DNA of 47,396 bases from Thermoplasmata archaeon (GCA_020348445.1 CP070751.1:3318841-3366236), one strand, 5' to 3'; numbered from the stretch's first letter, positions 27,548-36,731 are shown. Notes: generated by a model from the sequence alone, not told the origin. Made by a program: numbers and translations.

Positions 27548-28971
27548 ATCAAGCGCCTCAGTTTCCTCAATACCTGCTGGCCGGCGTAGTGGCGATACAG
27601 GTTTCTCTTGAGCTTTTTTCTGGAAAACACCCCCGCAATGTTTCTAGGAATTGAGCCGTACCTTTCCCTATAGCATTTCCACAATTCCTCCTGCACCTCC
27701 TTTAGCGCTAAGGTCTCTGTGGGCATGATGGCATGAGCCATGTCGTAATTGGCGTAATTTGGATCTTCTATCCACCCGTTCTTTTTTGCAGTTTTATAGT
27801 ACACTGTCCCTGGATATGGTGTAAGACATGTGTAAATCGAGAAATCAGAGCCCAGATCCATGGAAAACTGCCTCAGGTCATTTATTGATTCCTGGGTATC
27901 ATTTCTTGTACCGATGACGAACATTGCATGGGAGAATATATCGCTTTCGTTGAGAACTTTTACTGCTTTGTAGGAATCTGGAACAGAAATTCCCTTTTTA
28001 AATTCCTTAAGTGTTTCCTTGGAGTGACTCTCCACACCCATCATGACCCAGTAGTTACCTACTTCCCTGAACTTCGCCACCAGATCAGGATTGTTTGCCA
28101 CATCATCAGTTCTCGCCTGGAAAAACAGCATGATGTCATCCTTGAATTTTCTCTGTTTTAATTCACTATACAACTCCTTTCCCCGCCTTTGATAATCGAA
28201 GTTGTCATCTGTAAACCATATGAACTGCCCACCAAAACTATCGTTAAGATATTGCACTTCATCTGCAATCCGCTTTGCAGATTTAGTTCTCCAGGTTCTG
28301 TTCCAATGGCTCCATTGGGTGCAGAAGGAGCATTTATGAGTGCATCCCCTTGAGCCTTCCATCACCATATAGATCGTGTTCTTTCCTGCCATCATTGTGA
28401 AGTGATATTTTTTTGTCTGGTCTTCCACGAGATGATATGCAGGATAGGGTAACAAATCAAGGTTCTCGATTAGAGGACGATCTGGTGTATGGATGATATT
28501 TCCATTATGAGTAAATGATAATCCCTTCACATCTTTTGCGTTTTTACCATTTCTTAAAGTTTTGATAAGCTCGACAAGTGTCTGCTCCCCTTCTCCCCTG
28601 ACTATATAATCGATTTCTGGAAAATCAGAGAGGGATTCCTCTGGAACCTGTGAAAAGTGAAGTCCTCCAAGCACAGTCACGATGTCCTCATTTACCTTCT
28701 TGGCAATCTCTGCAACCCTAGCACAGGCATATGCATTGCAGGTGAATCCTGAAGTTGACACGATCCCTGGTGAGAATGATTCGACGTGTTTCCCTATATC
28801 CTCCCAGGTTTTTTCCTGGGCCTGGCAGTCCAGTATTTCTATTTCCATATCAGGTAATTCCCTTTCGACGTACGCTGCCAATATCAAAAGCACCGTGGGT
28901 GGAGGGAGATACTCACCCATGATAAACCAATAGTCCTTCGGAGGTTCCACAAACAGTATCTTTGAATTCAT
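27544..28971 (-). CDS. Cobalamin-binding (class B) radical SAM protein
   Basis: N-terminal B12-binding domain (PP..LL.LAAY, VLGGLH, YIVRGEGE), SRGCTHKCSFC, FTDDNF, GVES, TPYPGT. Confidence 0.9.
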   Translation of the reverse strand: MNSKILFVEPPKDYWFIMGEYLPPPTVLLILAAYVERELPDMEIEILDCQAQEKTWEDIGKHVESFSPGIVSTSGFTCNAYACARVAEIAKKVNEDIVTVLGGLHFSQVPEESLSDFPEIDYIVRGEGEQTLVELIKTLRNGKNAKDVKGLSFTHNGNIIHTPDRPLIENLDLLPYPAYHLVEDQTKKYHFTMMAGKNTIYMVMEGSRGCTHKCSFCTQWSHWNRTWRTKSAKRIADEVQYLNDSFGGQFIWFTDDNFDYQRRGKELYSELKQRKFKDDIMLFFQARTDDVANNPDLVAKFREVGNYWVMMGVESHSKETLKEFKKGISVPDSYKAVKVLNESDIFSHAMFVIGTRNDTQESINDLRQFSMDLGSDFSIYTCLTPYPGTVYYKTAKKNGWIEDPNYANYDMAHAIMPTETLALKEVQEELWKCYRERYGSIPRNIAGVFSRKKLKRNLYRHYAGQQVLRKLRRLI

Positions 28972-29155
28972 TTTTCCGGAATAGGTACATGGAAAATCAT
29001 TGAAATAGGTTACTGTCTATTTTGATTTACTTTGAGTAGTTCTTCTTAATTCTCGGTATCTTCTGATGAAGAAGGCCCATTTATATATAAATCATCACCT
29101 CCTGGTTACTTTATACAAAGATGATTTATATAAGAGGATTATCGTATTCAAACAA

Positions 29156-30016
29156 TTACCCAGATAGATGAGCCTTGTCAAGGGGAGAATCCTGCTCTTC
29201 AGATTCCACAACTATTGCCTCTTGGATGTTAGGAGCCATAAAGAGGGGCAAATTACTATCTTTTTCTTCACTTGTTACTAAATAGTTGGGAGGTGGATAG
29301 GTTCCATAAGGATTCTGGGGAGCAGGGGACTTTTTAAAGATGATGACCAATGCAAATATGATCACACAGACTGCAGAAAAAAGCAGTAACAATAGTAATC
29401 CCCCTGAGGAGTACTCCCCTTTTTCGCCTAAAATAGCATAACCATCTCCGTCACCATCACCTCCATCGGCTCCATCACCATCACCATCTCCATCCCCATA
29501 ACCATTATCGGTTGAAAACCTGGTACCTCTTCCTCCAAATTCCCTATCCAGATGAACACTTCCACTGCCCTTGATTGCGATCTTTCCACTTTCCAGTATT
29601 ATCAGTCTTATGTTGTAGGAATCATAGTTTGGTACAGTCAGTGAGAATTCGGAACTTACTGTTTTTTCAATTGGGATTTGACCAACTGCGAGTGTGGCTT
29701 TATCCATGGCGAGATTGCTGTCAACATCAATAGCAAATGCCTTAATCTCCACATCCTTTGCATCCAAAGTCCCTTTGTTTGTGATGAATGTCGTTATGTC
29801 GATTTTCACGTTTTCGGAATGAAAATCCGACCCAGATATCACAAAAAAAACTTCATCCACGTACAGCCTTGCTTGTTTTTCAGGTTCATCTGCTGGTGCA
29901 GGTGAAAGAGCACTGGCAACAACGACTACCATCACGAGGGCCAACACTATAATTCCCACGGATGCGATAATTCGCCTTCCCTGGGAATCCTCCAATTCCT
30001 TTTCTTTCTTATCCAT
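29156..30016 (-). CDS. Surface protein: N-terminal TM/signal, Ig-like domain (DUF7490-like), Gly/Asp linker, C-terminal TM
   Basis: RBS AGGTGA; beta-sandwich pattern ITTFITNKG...VEIKAFAIDVDSNL; GYGDGDGDGDGADGGDGDGDGY; hydrophobic LLLLLLF..IIFALVIIF-KK. Confidence 0.75.
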   Translation of the reverse strand: MDKKEKELEDSQGRRIIASVGIIVLALVMVVVVASALSPAPADEPEKQARLYVDEVFFVISGSDFHSENVKIDITTFITNKGTLDAKDVEIKAFAIDVDSNLAMDKATLAVGQIPIEKTVSSEFSLTVPNYDSYNIRLIILESGKIAIKGSGSVHLDREFGGRGTRFSTDNGYGDGDGDGDGADGGDGDGDGYAILGEKGEYSSGGLLLLLLFSAVCVIIFALVIIFKKSPAPQNPYGTYPPPNYLVTSEEKDSNLPLFMAPNIQEAIVVESEEQDSPLDKAHLSG

Positions 30017-30052
30017 TTCATATCACCTAAAATACTAATATTGGAGGGAGCG

Positions 30053-30107
30053 TTATTAAAGAAAGTTGGAACAAAATCAAGACAATTATTTAATGCTTCT
30101 GGAACAC
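30053..30107 (-). promoter_or_regulatory. Promoter with GTTCCA operator pair (gene 29156..30016)
   Basis: Sense strand: GTGTTCCA (30107-30100) ... GTTCCAA (30072-30066) - N5 - TTTAATAA (30060-30053). Confidence 0.7.
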
Positions 30108-30222
30108 ATTTGCATGTATATAAAAAAAATAGGTTTGACATAAATTATGTTAGAAGACAATCCATTTTACCTTCGTGTTTTTAGGGTGACAGATAAGAAA
30201 AAGGAAGTACATTGTAAAAAAT

Positions 30223-30369
30223 CTACTGCCCCTCACCTTCCACATTAAGCGGAAAATTTTCCTTTAACCAATCCCAGCAAACTTTGCAGCAGCCCTCGCC
30301 TTCTTTTGTGTAGGCATGTATCTTATTTTCTTCGGCCACTGTCTTCATACATATGCTGCACTTGTCCAT
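30223..30369 (-). CDS. 48-aa zinc-finger microprotein (not in the ORF track)
   Basis: MDKCSICMKTVAEENKIHAYTKEGEGCCKVCWDWLKENFPLNVEGEGQ*; RBS-like GGAG(TTGAG); TTTATAA upstream. Confidence 0.65.
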   Translation of the reverse strand: MDKCSICMKTVAEENKIHAYTKEGEGCCKVCWDWLKENFPLNVEGEGQ

Positions 30370-30552
30370 TTTCTCAACTCCAATATAGGATGTTAAAGGA
30401 ACCTCAGAGAATATAAAAATTGCGCTTTGTTAAAGCCCCTTATAAACTACCTATAAAAAATAAAAAGACCCCCAAACCTAAACAAAAGGAAATAAGTGGG
30501 TAGGGAAGCTGAGGTATTAAGGAGGAGGTACGAAATTGGGGGTCCATGAGAT

Positions 30553-31506
30553 TTATTTAGGATTTTTTTTCTTAATTGAATAGATCCAAACTCCAATTGC
30601 ACTAACTACCAATCCTACAAGAAGACCACTTAATGCAAGGTAATTAATATTTGAATCCGTACATGATTGCATATCGTTGGTTCCACCTGAAACAATACCA
30701 GAATCAGATTCAGAGTCAGTGATTTCTTCTGGCTCAAGGGAAAAGTTTGCATAAGTGATCTCTGAAACCGCTACCAACTGGGATTGGCTCTTATATCCCC
30801 TTTTATATGCTGATACATTTTTGAGACAAAAGCAAATAGGAACATCATAGAAGGTGTACCAACCTTCTGAATCTGTGTACTCCGTGCGAGTGGTGCCATG
30901 ATATTCAAGGATCATCTTGACATCAGCAATTGGTAAATCAGTCTCAGAATCAGTTACAATGCCAGTTATAATACCTTCCATAGGTTCATCATCTTTTGGT
31001 GGAGTTGGGATAGGAGTTCTATCAGGCTCATCTGGATCCTCAGGTGGGTCCTTTGGATCTTCGGGATCTTCGGGTTCATCTGGATCCTCTGGTTCTTCGG
31101 GCTCATCAGGCTCATCTTTATCATTGGTTGGTACCAATGAAAAATCCACATATGTGATATCATAAACAGCCACCAATTTGTATTGACCTTCATATCCTAT
31201 TTTGTTTGCAGATACATTCTTTAGACAGAAGCATTCTGGAACATTTGTAAAGTAGTATTTACCCTGCTCATCTGTGAGCGTTGTGCGAACCATATCATGA
31301 TAAGTCAAGGTCATCAATGCTCCTTGAATTGGTCTTTCTGTTTCACAATCTGTCACAAATCCTATGATTGTACCTTCAGGTCTTAATATGCTCACATTCA
31401 CAAAGCCCTGAACTTGTATGGCTGAAATTACCATCAATAAGACACAAAATGCTGCTAAATACACTCTCATGAACGTTTTATTCTTACTTCGGCCAGTTCT
31501 TTTCAT
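30553..31506 (-). CDS. Surface protein with two carboxypeptidase-regulatory-like (Cna/TTR-like) domains, P/D/E linker and C-terminal TM
   Basis: Signal peptide; two homologous G.I.G.VTD.ET..PI.....L.YH...RT..TD..G.Y.F..VP.CFCLKNVSA.K.GY units; EPEDPD repeats; TM + KKKNPK. Confidence 0.8.
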   Translation of the reverse strand: MKRTGRSKNKTFMRVYLAAFCVLLMVISAIQVQGFVNVSILRPEGTIIGFVTDCETERPIQGALMTLTYHDMVRTTLTDEQGKYYFTNVPECFCLKNVSANKIGYEGQYKLVAVYDITYVDFSLVPTNDKDEPDEPEEPEDPDEPEDPEDPKDPPEDPDEPDRTPIPTPPKDDEPMEGIITGIVTDSETDLPIADVKMILEYHGTTRTEYTDSEGWYTFYDVPICFCLKNVSAYKRGYKSQSQLVAVSEITYANFSLEPEEITDSESDSGIVSGGTNDMQSCTDSNINYLALSGLLVGLVVSAIGVWIYSIKKKNPK

Positions 31507-31550
31507 CCCATATCACTCTCCTATTATCCTTAAAAATTAATTGATGGCAG

Positions 31551-31606
31551 TATTAATAACAAGTTTGGAACGCTTTCTTCTCAATTATATATAGTTAATG
31601 GAACAC
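31551..31606 (-). promoter_or_regulatory. Promoter with GTTCCA operator pair (gene 30553..31506)
   Basis: Sense strand: GTGTTCCA (31606-31599) ... GTTCCAA (31571-31565) - N5 - TTATTAATA (31559-31551). Confidence 0.7.
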
Positions 31607-31626
31607 TATCTGCGAAAAAGTAGAGA

Positions 31627-32634
31627 TTATCTTTGTCCCATCTCCCATGCTCTTAGGTCCCTGGGATAGCAGGCAGATTCCCTTCCCTGTCTCTCTACAA
31701 ATATTAGTCCCGCTTGATCCAGGATGTTCACGTGATAATTTACTACCTTTCTTGAAACACTTATCCTCTCGGCGATCTTGCTCTGGGATATACCCTGGTT
31801 CTCCTTTATGACACTGAGTATCGATTCCTGGATATCGGACAAAAAGAACCGCATATCTGTTTTCGGTCCTTTTGTGTAGAACCGCCTGTACATTCCGTCT
31901 TGCCGCGACCTGATATACTGTGCTTTTTCCAGACGATTCAAATGATAGGAGAGCACCCCCATTGGTAAATTAAGTTCATTTAGAATTCCGCGGTAATGCA
32001 TTCCGGGATTTTCATTGACATAATCAAAGATTCGCTTTCTTACAGCATTTTTCAGCATGTTCTCCCGCTTGATCTTAGAGTACATTATTAATGATAATAA
32101 GATGGCTATGATAATGACAAAAAAAGTCTGAAAGAATAAGGAAAAATGAAATGCCCCTTCACCTTTTTCATCATCACCAGGACCAGTCCCGCCCCCGTCC
32201 CTGTCTCCGTCTCCATCCCATCCTCCACCATCTCCATTTCCATCTCCCCCATCCTCATAAATTGGAACAAGATCCACATCCAGCAGTACTGCATCTTCTC
32301 CTCCAAATGTTTGACTTTGTATCTCGACTTCGTGATATTGGGCAAGATATCCTTCAGCAGAAATGGTCACAGTATAGGTACCAGCGTCTAGACCAGTTAC
32401 ATTATAGTATCCATCAGATGCGGTTACGGTTGTAGCAATCACATCTCCAGTTTCGGAGGAAGCTATAGACACAGAGGCATTGGCAATGGGTTCACCTGTG
32501 TTTCTATCTATAACAGTACCACAAATGGAGCCCCCTTGAGCACTGACAGAACCAATGAATAAAAATAGTAATATAAAACAAATACCTAGGAAGATTATAA
32601 TATTTGCAGTTAACCTATTTAAACGCTTTTTCAT
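31627..32634 (-). CDS. Membrane-anchored transcriptional regulator: signal peptide, extracellular carboxypeptidase-regulatory-like domain, G/D linker, TM, cytoplasmic tandem winged-HTH
   Basis: GSICGTVID..TGEPIANASV...GYYNVTGLDAGTYTVTISAEGY; TM FFVIIIAILLSLIMY; wHTH1 PGMHYRGILNELNLPMGVLSYHLNRLE; wHTH2 GISQSKIAERISVSRKVVNYHVNIL. Confidence 0.85.
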   Translation of the reverse strand: MKKRLNRLTANIIIFLGICFILLFLFIGSVSAQGGSICGTVIDRNTGEPIANASVSIASSETGDVIATTVTASDGYYNVTGLDAGTYTVTISAEGYLAQYHEVEIQSQTFGGEDAVLLDVDLVPIYEDGGDGNGDGGGWDGDGDRDGGGTGPGDDEKGEGAFHFSLFFQTFFVIIIAILLSLIMYSKIKRENMLKNAVRKRIFDYVNENPGMHYRGILNELNLPMGVLSYHLNRLEKAQYIRSRQDGMYRRFYTKGPKTDMRFFLSDIQESILSVIKENQGISQSKIAERISVSRKVVNYHVNILDQAGLIFVERQGRESACYPRDLRAWEMGQR

Positions 32635-32674
32635 GGAAATTCTTCCTGATATAGATTAATATATATTAAATACC

Positions 32675-32696
32675 TTATTAAATATAATTGGAACAC
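32675..32696 (-). promoter_or_regulatory. Promoter of the regulator gene with GTTCCA operator
   Basis: Sense strand: GTGTTCCAA (32696-32688) - N5 - TTTAATAA (32682-32675). Confidence 0.7.
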
Positions 32697-32720
32697 TTTT
32701 TGGACAGTTTTTATTAGTAT

Positions 32721-33416
32721 CTAACCTTTAATCTCGATTTTTATGTCTTTTGGTTCCTCAACTCCTTTTAAAGAGGAAACCATACCCGCAATAGTCCCAG
32801 CCACCATCTCCTTGGCAAATTTGCCCAATGGGATTTCATTTCCGCCTACTTCCAAAGAAACCCTCTTTTCAGAAAAATAATAGCAGTCTTCAAATGTGTT
32901 TTCGTCATTTCTTATTCCCCCAGCTAGCTGTTTACAGGTATCCATACCACACTTTCCGCAATCAAGGCCCGGAAGCTGTTTAAGAACCCTTTCCTCCTCA
33001 ATACCTTCAAATGCAAATCCAAGTATCTTATCAAAATTATCCTTGTACCTCAGCACGGTGTTTGGCTTTTCTTCAATTTCGCCCACTGCAACCTTGGGGC
33101 TGTCATCCTCCCAGTATCCCTCAACCAGAACAATATCCAGTCCTGCCATGCCTTCAATTATGGCTGTAACTTCCGAAGGAGACATTGAATAATTCACCAG
33201 AAATGCAACCTCATCTTCTGATCGTGCAACCACGACTTGGGCTCCTGCTTGTGTGTGCTCCCATGTGTCTTTACCCTCGGTATCAATGGTGAATCCCTTT
33301 TGATGTATGTTTTTTATAGAGCCTACTTTGTAGCCTTTCTTCTTCAACTCGCCAATCAACCTCGAAATCAAGGAGGTTTTCCCTGATTTTGATTTACCAT
33401 AGATTCCCAGTATCAT
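32721..33416 (-). CDS. mobB: MobB with C-terminal putative Fe-S domain
   Basis: GKSKSGKTS P-loop, IKNIH, DTEGKDTWEH, LVEG; LPGLDCGKCG..TC...C. Confidence 0.88.
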   Translation of the reverse strand: MILGIYGKSKSGKTSLISRLIGELKKKGYKVGSIKNIHQKGFTIDTEGKDTWEHTQAGAQVVVARSEDEVAFLVNYSMSPSEVTAIIEGMAGLDIVLVEGYWEDDSPKVAVGEIEEKPNTVLRYKDNFDKILGFAFEGIEEERVLKQLPGLDCGKCGMDTCKQLAGGIRNDENTFEDCYYFSEKRVSLEVGGNEIPLGKFAKEMVAGTIAGMVSSLKGVEEPKDIKIEIKG

Positions 33417-33427
33417 AAAAGCACCAC

Positions 33428-34633
33428 CTAAAAAAGTACAACCTCGACTGAATCTCCCTTCTCAACAAGATCCACATTTGCAGGTATCTCAACAAAGCCC
33501 ACTGCCTCTGCCATGCTGGTTATGGCACCTGATTCCTTGAATACAGGAATGGCTTCCCCATTCTCTAACCTCACAGTCAAGAACTGCTGCCTTCCAAGGG
33601 TGGATACAACCCTCCGGGAAATCTTGGCCTTGACTTTTTGTCTCTGAATTGCAGGAAGGTGAGCAAGTTTTCTTATCATAGGCGCCATGAATACATATCC
33701 GTCAATGAGGCAGGCGGTGGGATAACCTGGTGTTCCGAGAACCAGCTTCTTTTCCACCTGGCCCAGTAAAAGTGGTTTTCCAGGCTTGACCTGAACTCCG
33801 TGAAACAGTATCTCTCCAAGTTCCTCTACAACATCTACCAATACATCCCTTTCTCCCACAGAGCTTCCGCCACTTAAAACAACAAAATCATTTGAGAGTG
33901 CCTTTTTAATTGCCGATTTAAGTGAATCTTGTGTATCCTCCACAATGCCCATCCGCATGGGAATAGCACCATTTTCTTTTGCTATTGCTGAAAGTGCATA
34001 GGAATTGGAATTGAAAACCTGGCCATCCTTTAAATCATCTCCCACCTCTGCTACCTCGTTTCCTGTGGGGATTATGGCAACCTTTGGTTTTTCATATACC
34101 TTGACATATTCTAAACCTAGTGAGGTCAGAACTCCGATTTTACCTGGACCTAAAACTTCATTCTCATTTAAAACCATCTCTCCCTCTGAGATGTCTGAGC
34201 CTGAAAGTGACATATTGGCCTGGGGATAAACAGGTTTGAATACCTTTACTTCATGGTTTTCTCTTTCTGTATCCTCGATCATGACAACAGAATCTGCACC
34301 CTTGGGGATCTTGGCCCCAGTTGCTATTTCCACACACTGCCCCTGGTTAACCTCCACATTCAAAACCTCACCTGCATGAACTGAGCCCACAAGTTTCAAA
34401 ACCTTGGGATCAAACCGCCCAGAACCAAAGGTATCAGATGCCAAAACAGCATAACCATCCATTGCAGCCCTATCAAATGGCGGGACTGCCATTTGTGCTT
34501 GAATACCTGTTGCTAGAACCCTGTTGATTGAATCCTGAACTTTAACCTTCTCTGTCCTGGAAATTGGATTTATTGCGTCCAAGGCGATCTTTTGAGCCTC
34601 CTCAAATGATATCAGCGATTTAAATGGCCTCAT
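33428..34633 (-). CDS. moeA: Molybdopterin/tungstopterin metal-insertion protein MoeA
   Basis: VPPFDRAAMDGYAV, IATGA.IP.GAD.VVMIE, PTGNE, FNSNS, SGGSSVGERD, VKPGKP, GYPTAC. Confidence 0.93.
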   Translation of the reverse strand: MRPFKSLISFEEAQKIALDAINPISRTEKVKVQDSINRVLATGIQAQMAVPPFDRAAMDGYAVLASDTFGSGRFDPKVLKLVGSVHAGEVLNVEVNQGQCVEIATGAKIPKGADSVVMIEDTERENHEVKVFKPVYPQANMSLSGSDISEGEMVLNENEVLGPGKIGVLTSLGLEYVKVYEKPKVAIIPTGNEVAEVGDDLKDGQVFNSNSYALSAIAKENGAIPMRMGIVEDTQDSLKSAIKKALSNDFVVLSGGSSVGERDVLVDVVEELGEILFHGVQVKPGKPLLLGQVEKKLVLGTPGYPTACLIDGYVFMAPMIRKLAHLPAIQRQKVKAKISRRVVSTLGRQQFLTVRLENGEAIPVFKESGAITSMAEAVGFVEIPANVDLVEKGDSVEVVLF

Positions 34634-34665
34634 TGTTCTTCACTTCCTCCTTTTACATCCACAAA

Positions 34666-36072
34666 TCATTTTTCAGCAAGGTATAATGCATAGCTTCCGA
34701 ATATCCTACCCCCCACAGATATAGACTCGGCGTTTACATGATCTATGTTATCCAAATAAGTATGATACTCCCAGCTCCCAGATCCCCAGCAGGCTGCAGC
34801 TTTGATATCGTTTCTAGCAAATATCAACTGGTCGCTTCCCCCGCTTTTTAGATCATTGTATTCGATTTGAATGTTGTATTTTTTGAGTTCCTTGTATTTA
34901 TTCAGCAGCTGACCCGCAATGTTCTCCATGTGATCAATTGACTTATTGTCGGAAACTGACAAGGGAAGGGAATTCCCCCGCTCCAAATCAACATTGTTCA
35001 TGTCAAAATTCAGATACATCTTGCAGTTTTTAAGAATATCATCTCTATGCTTTTCAACGTACATAATTGATCCGAACAATCCTTCCTCCTCACCGCCCCA
35101 TGTCACAAGTCGTATCGTCCTTTTGGGCTCGTACTTTGCTAGTTGTCTTGCAAGCTCGATTACAGTGACTGTGCCAACTGTGTTATCTATTGCACCTGGA
35201 CCATTGTAGACTGTGTCATGATGCGCGCCCAGCATGACATACTCATTGGGTTTTTCTGATCCCAAAACATCCCCCACAACCACCCACAGATCCCTTTCCT
35301 CCACTGTGACATCGAAATCCACTCTTAGCTTATAATTCGAGTTTATACTTTCCTTTAACTCGTTCCCAACATCATTGGACACCATGAAAAATGGAATGTC
35401 AGGATAACTTGATTCATCATCTGGTAAACCTGTTGACTTGGAAATGGGAATATACCCCAGCTTCTCTGTAAAGCGTGTATTGTGAAGAATCAACGCAGCT
35501 ACACCGCAATCTTCAGCCCTAAAGAAAAGCTCTGTGTTCGAGGCTGCATTCTCGTCCTGCGAGACTATTGCTGCCTTGCCTTGTGCTTCCTCGAAGAGTA
35601 AATCGTCCTTTCCATCACCAACATCCACTATTTCCAGATCATCATTAAAATCTGACCAAATATAAGAACCAGAATAGCCTTGAGCCACAAAATCTATGGT
35701 GTGTGCATATTGTATTGGATCCTCGAATCTGCTGGGCAGATTTCCCAAGGGTCCATATGGCACTAGGGAAACACTGGCGCTGTTTACCTCATAAAGAAGA
35801 GCAGAAAAACTCTCCAAATGAACGTTGGAAAGCCCTGCCTCTTGAAATTGGTTTTTTATGTACATGGCACCTTGGTATTCATTATCTGTTCCTGCCAATC
35901 TAGGTCCAATTGATGTCAGATAATCACAGTCATTATAAGCCCTTTGATAATCGAATCCTACTATGGTATAGTTTGTCGCCTCTTGGGCCTGTTTAAGTGC
36001 ATATACACCAACTGCGGCGATGATGACAACGATTACCAGAAATAGCACAAATAACTTGATTTTCTTGGACAT
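34666..36072 (-). CDS. Membrane-anchored M28 family metallopeptidase with PA domain
   Basis: N-terminal TM; GPRLAGT, GAHHDT, GAIDN, GEEEGLFGS, NFDM, SDQ, YHTYLD. Confidence 0.9.
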   Translation of the reverse strand: MSKKIKLFVLFLVIVVIIAAVGVYALKQAQEATNYTIVGFDYQRAYNDCDYLTSIGPRLAGTDNEYQGAMYIKNQFQEAGLSNVHLESFSALLYEVNSASVSLVPYGPLGNLPSRFEDPIQYAHTIDFVAQGYSGSYIWSDFNDDLEIVDVGDGKDDLLFEEAQGKAAIVSQDENAASNTELFFRAEDCGVAALILHNTRFTEKLGYIPISKSTGLPDDESSYPDIPFFMVSNDVGNELKESINSNYKLRVDFDVTVEERDLWVVVGDVLGSEKPNEYVMLGAHHDTVYNGPGAIDNTVGTVTVIELARQLAKYEPKRTIRLVTWGGEEEGLFGSIMYVEKHRDDILKNCKMYLNFDMNNVDLERGNSLPLSVSDNKSIDHMENIAGQLLNKYKELKKYNIQIEYNDLKSGGSDQLIFARNDIKAAACWGSGSWEYHTYLDNIDHVNAESISVGGRIFGSYALYLAEK

Positions 36073-36164
36073 ACCAGATAAGATATATTTTTTGGGGTAT
36101 AAATTGTTACCCCTTAGGGCATAAAATGTAATAGGAATTCCCGTGGATATCCCACGATATCTTT

Positions 36165-36731
36165 ATGTACGAGGAATATGATAATAGACCTGGCGAGACA
36201 ATGGATGAGAAAGGAAGGCTCCTGTACGAGGAGGATATTAAGAAGAGAAGGGCCCAGGCTGAACTCAATCCAAATCACATAATCATTGTTGTATCCCTAC
36301 TTTTTTTGATCTTGACATGGGCGGTGTATGGTGTAAAGGCATGGCAGGGCGTAACTGTTCAATGGCTGGCTGTGGGGCTTTTGATTTCCATTATCGTTAC
36401 CCTCATCTTGTTCTATTTCCTTGATAGATTTATAAGAGAGGAGCTCACAAAGTATCTTCCCATCAAGGTGTATGAGAAGGGAATACTCATGCCCACCACT
36501 CCAATTGACAGGATTTTATGGAGAAAGAAGCCATTTATCCATATCAACGAACTTGGCAGCATCAGACTCGTTCGTGCCCACAAACCACAGCAGAAGGATT
36601 GGCTCATCGCCCAAACGAGCAGGAGACAAAATTACCCGAAAAGATATGATCGCAACTCAAAAGAGGTGGAAAACATCCTCAATGTTGTACGCAAAACCTT
36701 TGGGCAGGTAAAAGTCGAGATCAGTGAGTGA
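36165..36731 (+). CDS. Hypothetical membrane protein (2 TM + soluble C-terminal domain)
   Basis: Two hydrophobic helices followed by a beta-rich IKVYEKGI.. domain. Confidence 0.75.
   Translation: MYEEYDNRPGETMDEKGRLLYEEDIKKRRAQAELNPNHIIIVVSLLFLILTWAVYGVKAWQGVTVQWLAVGLLISIIVTLILFYFLDRFIREELTKYLPIKVYEKGILMPTTPIDRILWRKKPFIHINELGSIRLVRAHKPQQKDWLIAQTSRRQNYPKRYDRNSKEVENILNVVRKTFGQVKVEISE

Noticed and set aside
27544-28971. Naming the B12 radical SAM as grsA/B, gms or bchE
   Set aside because: Motifs are shared across class B radical SAMs; assignment needs phylogeny.
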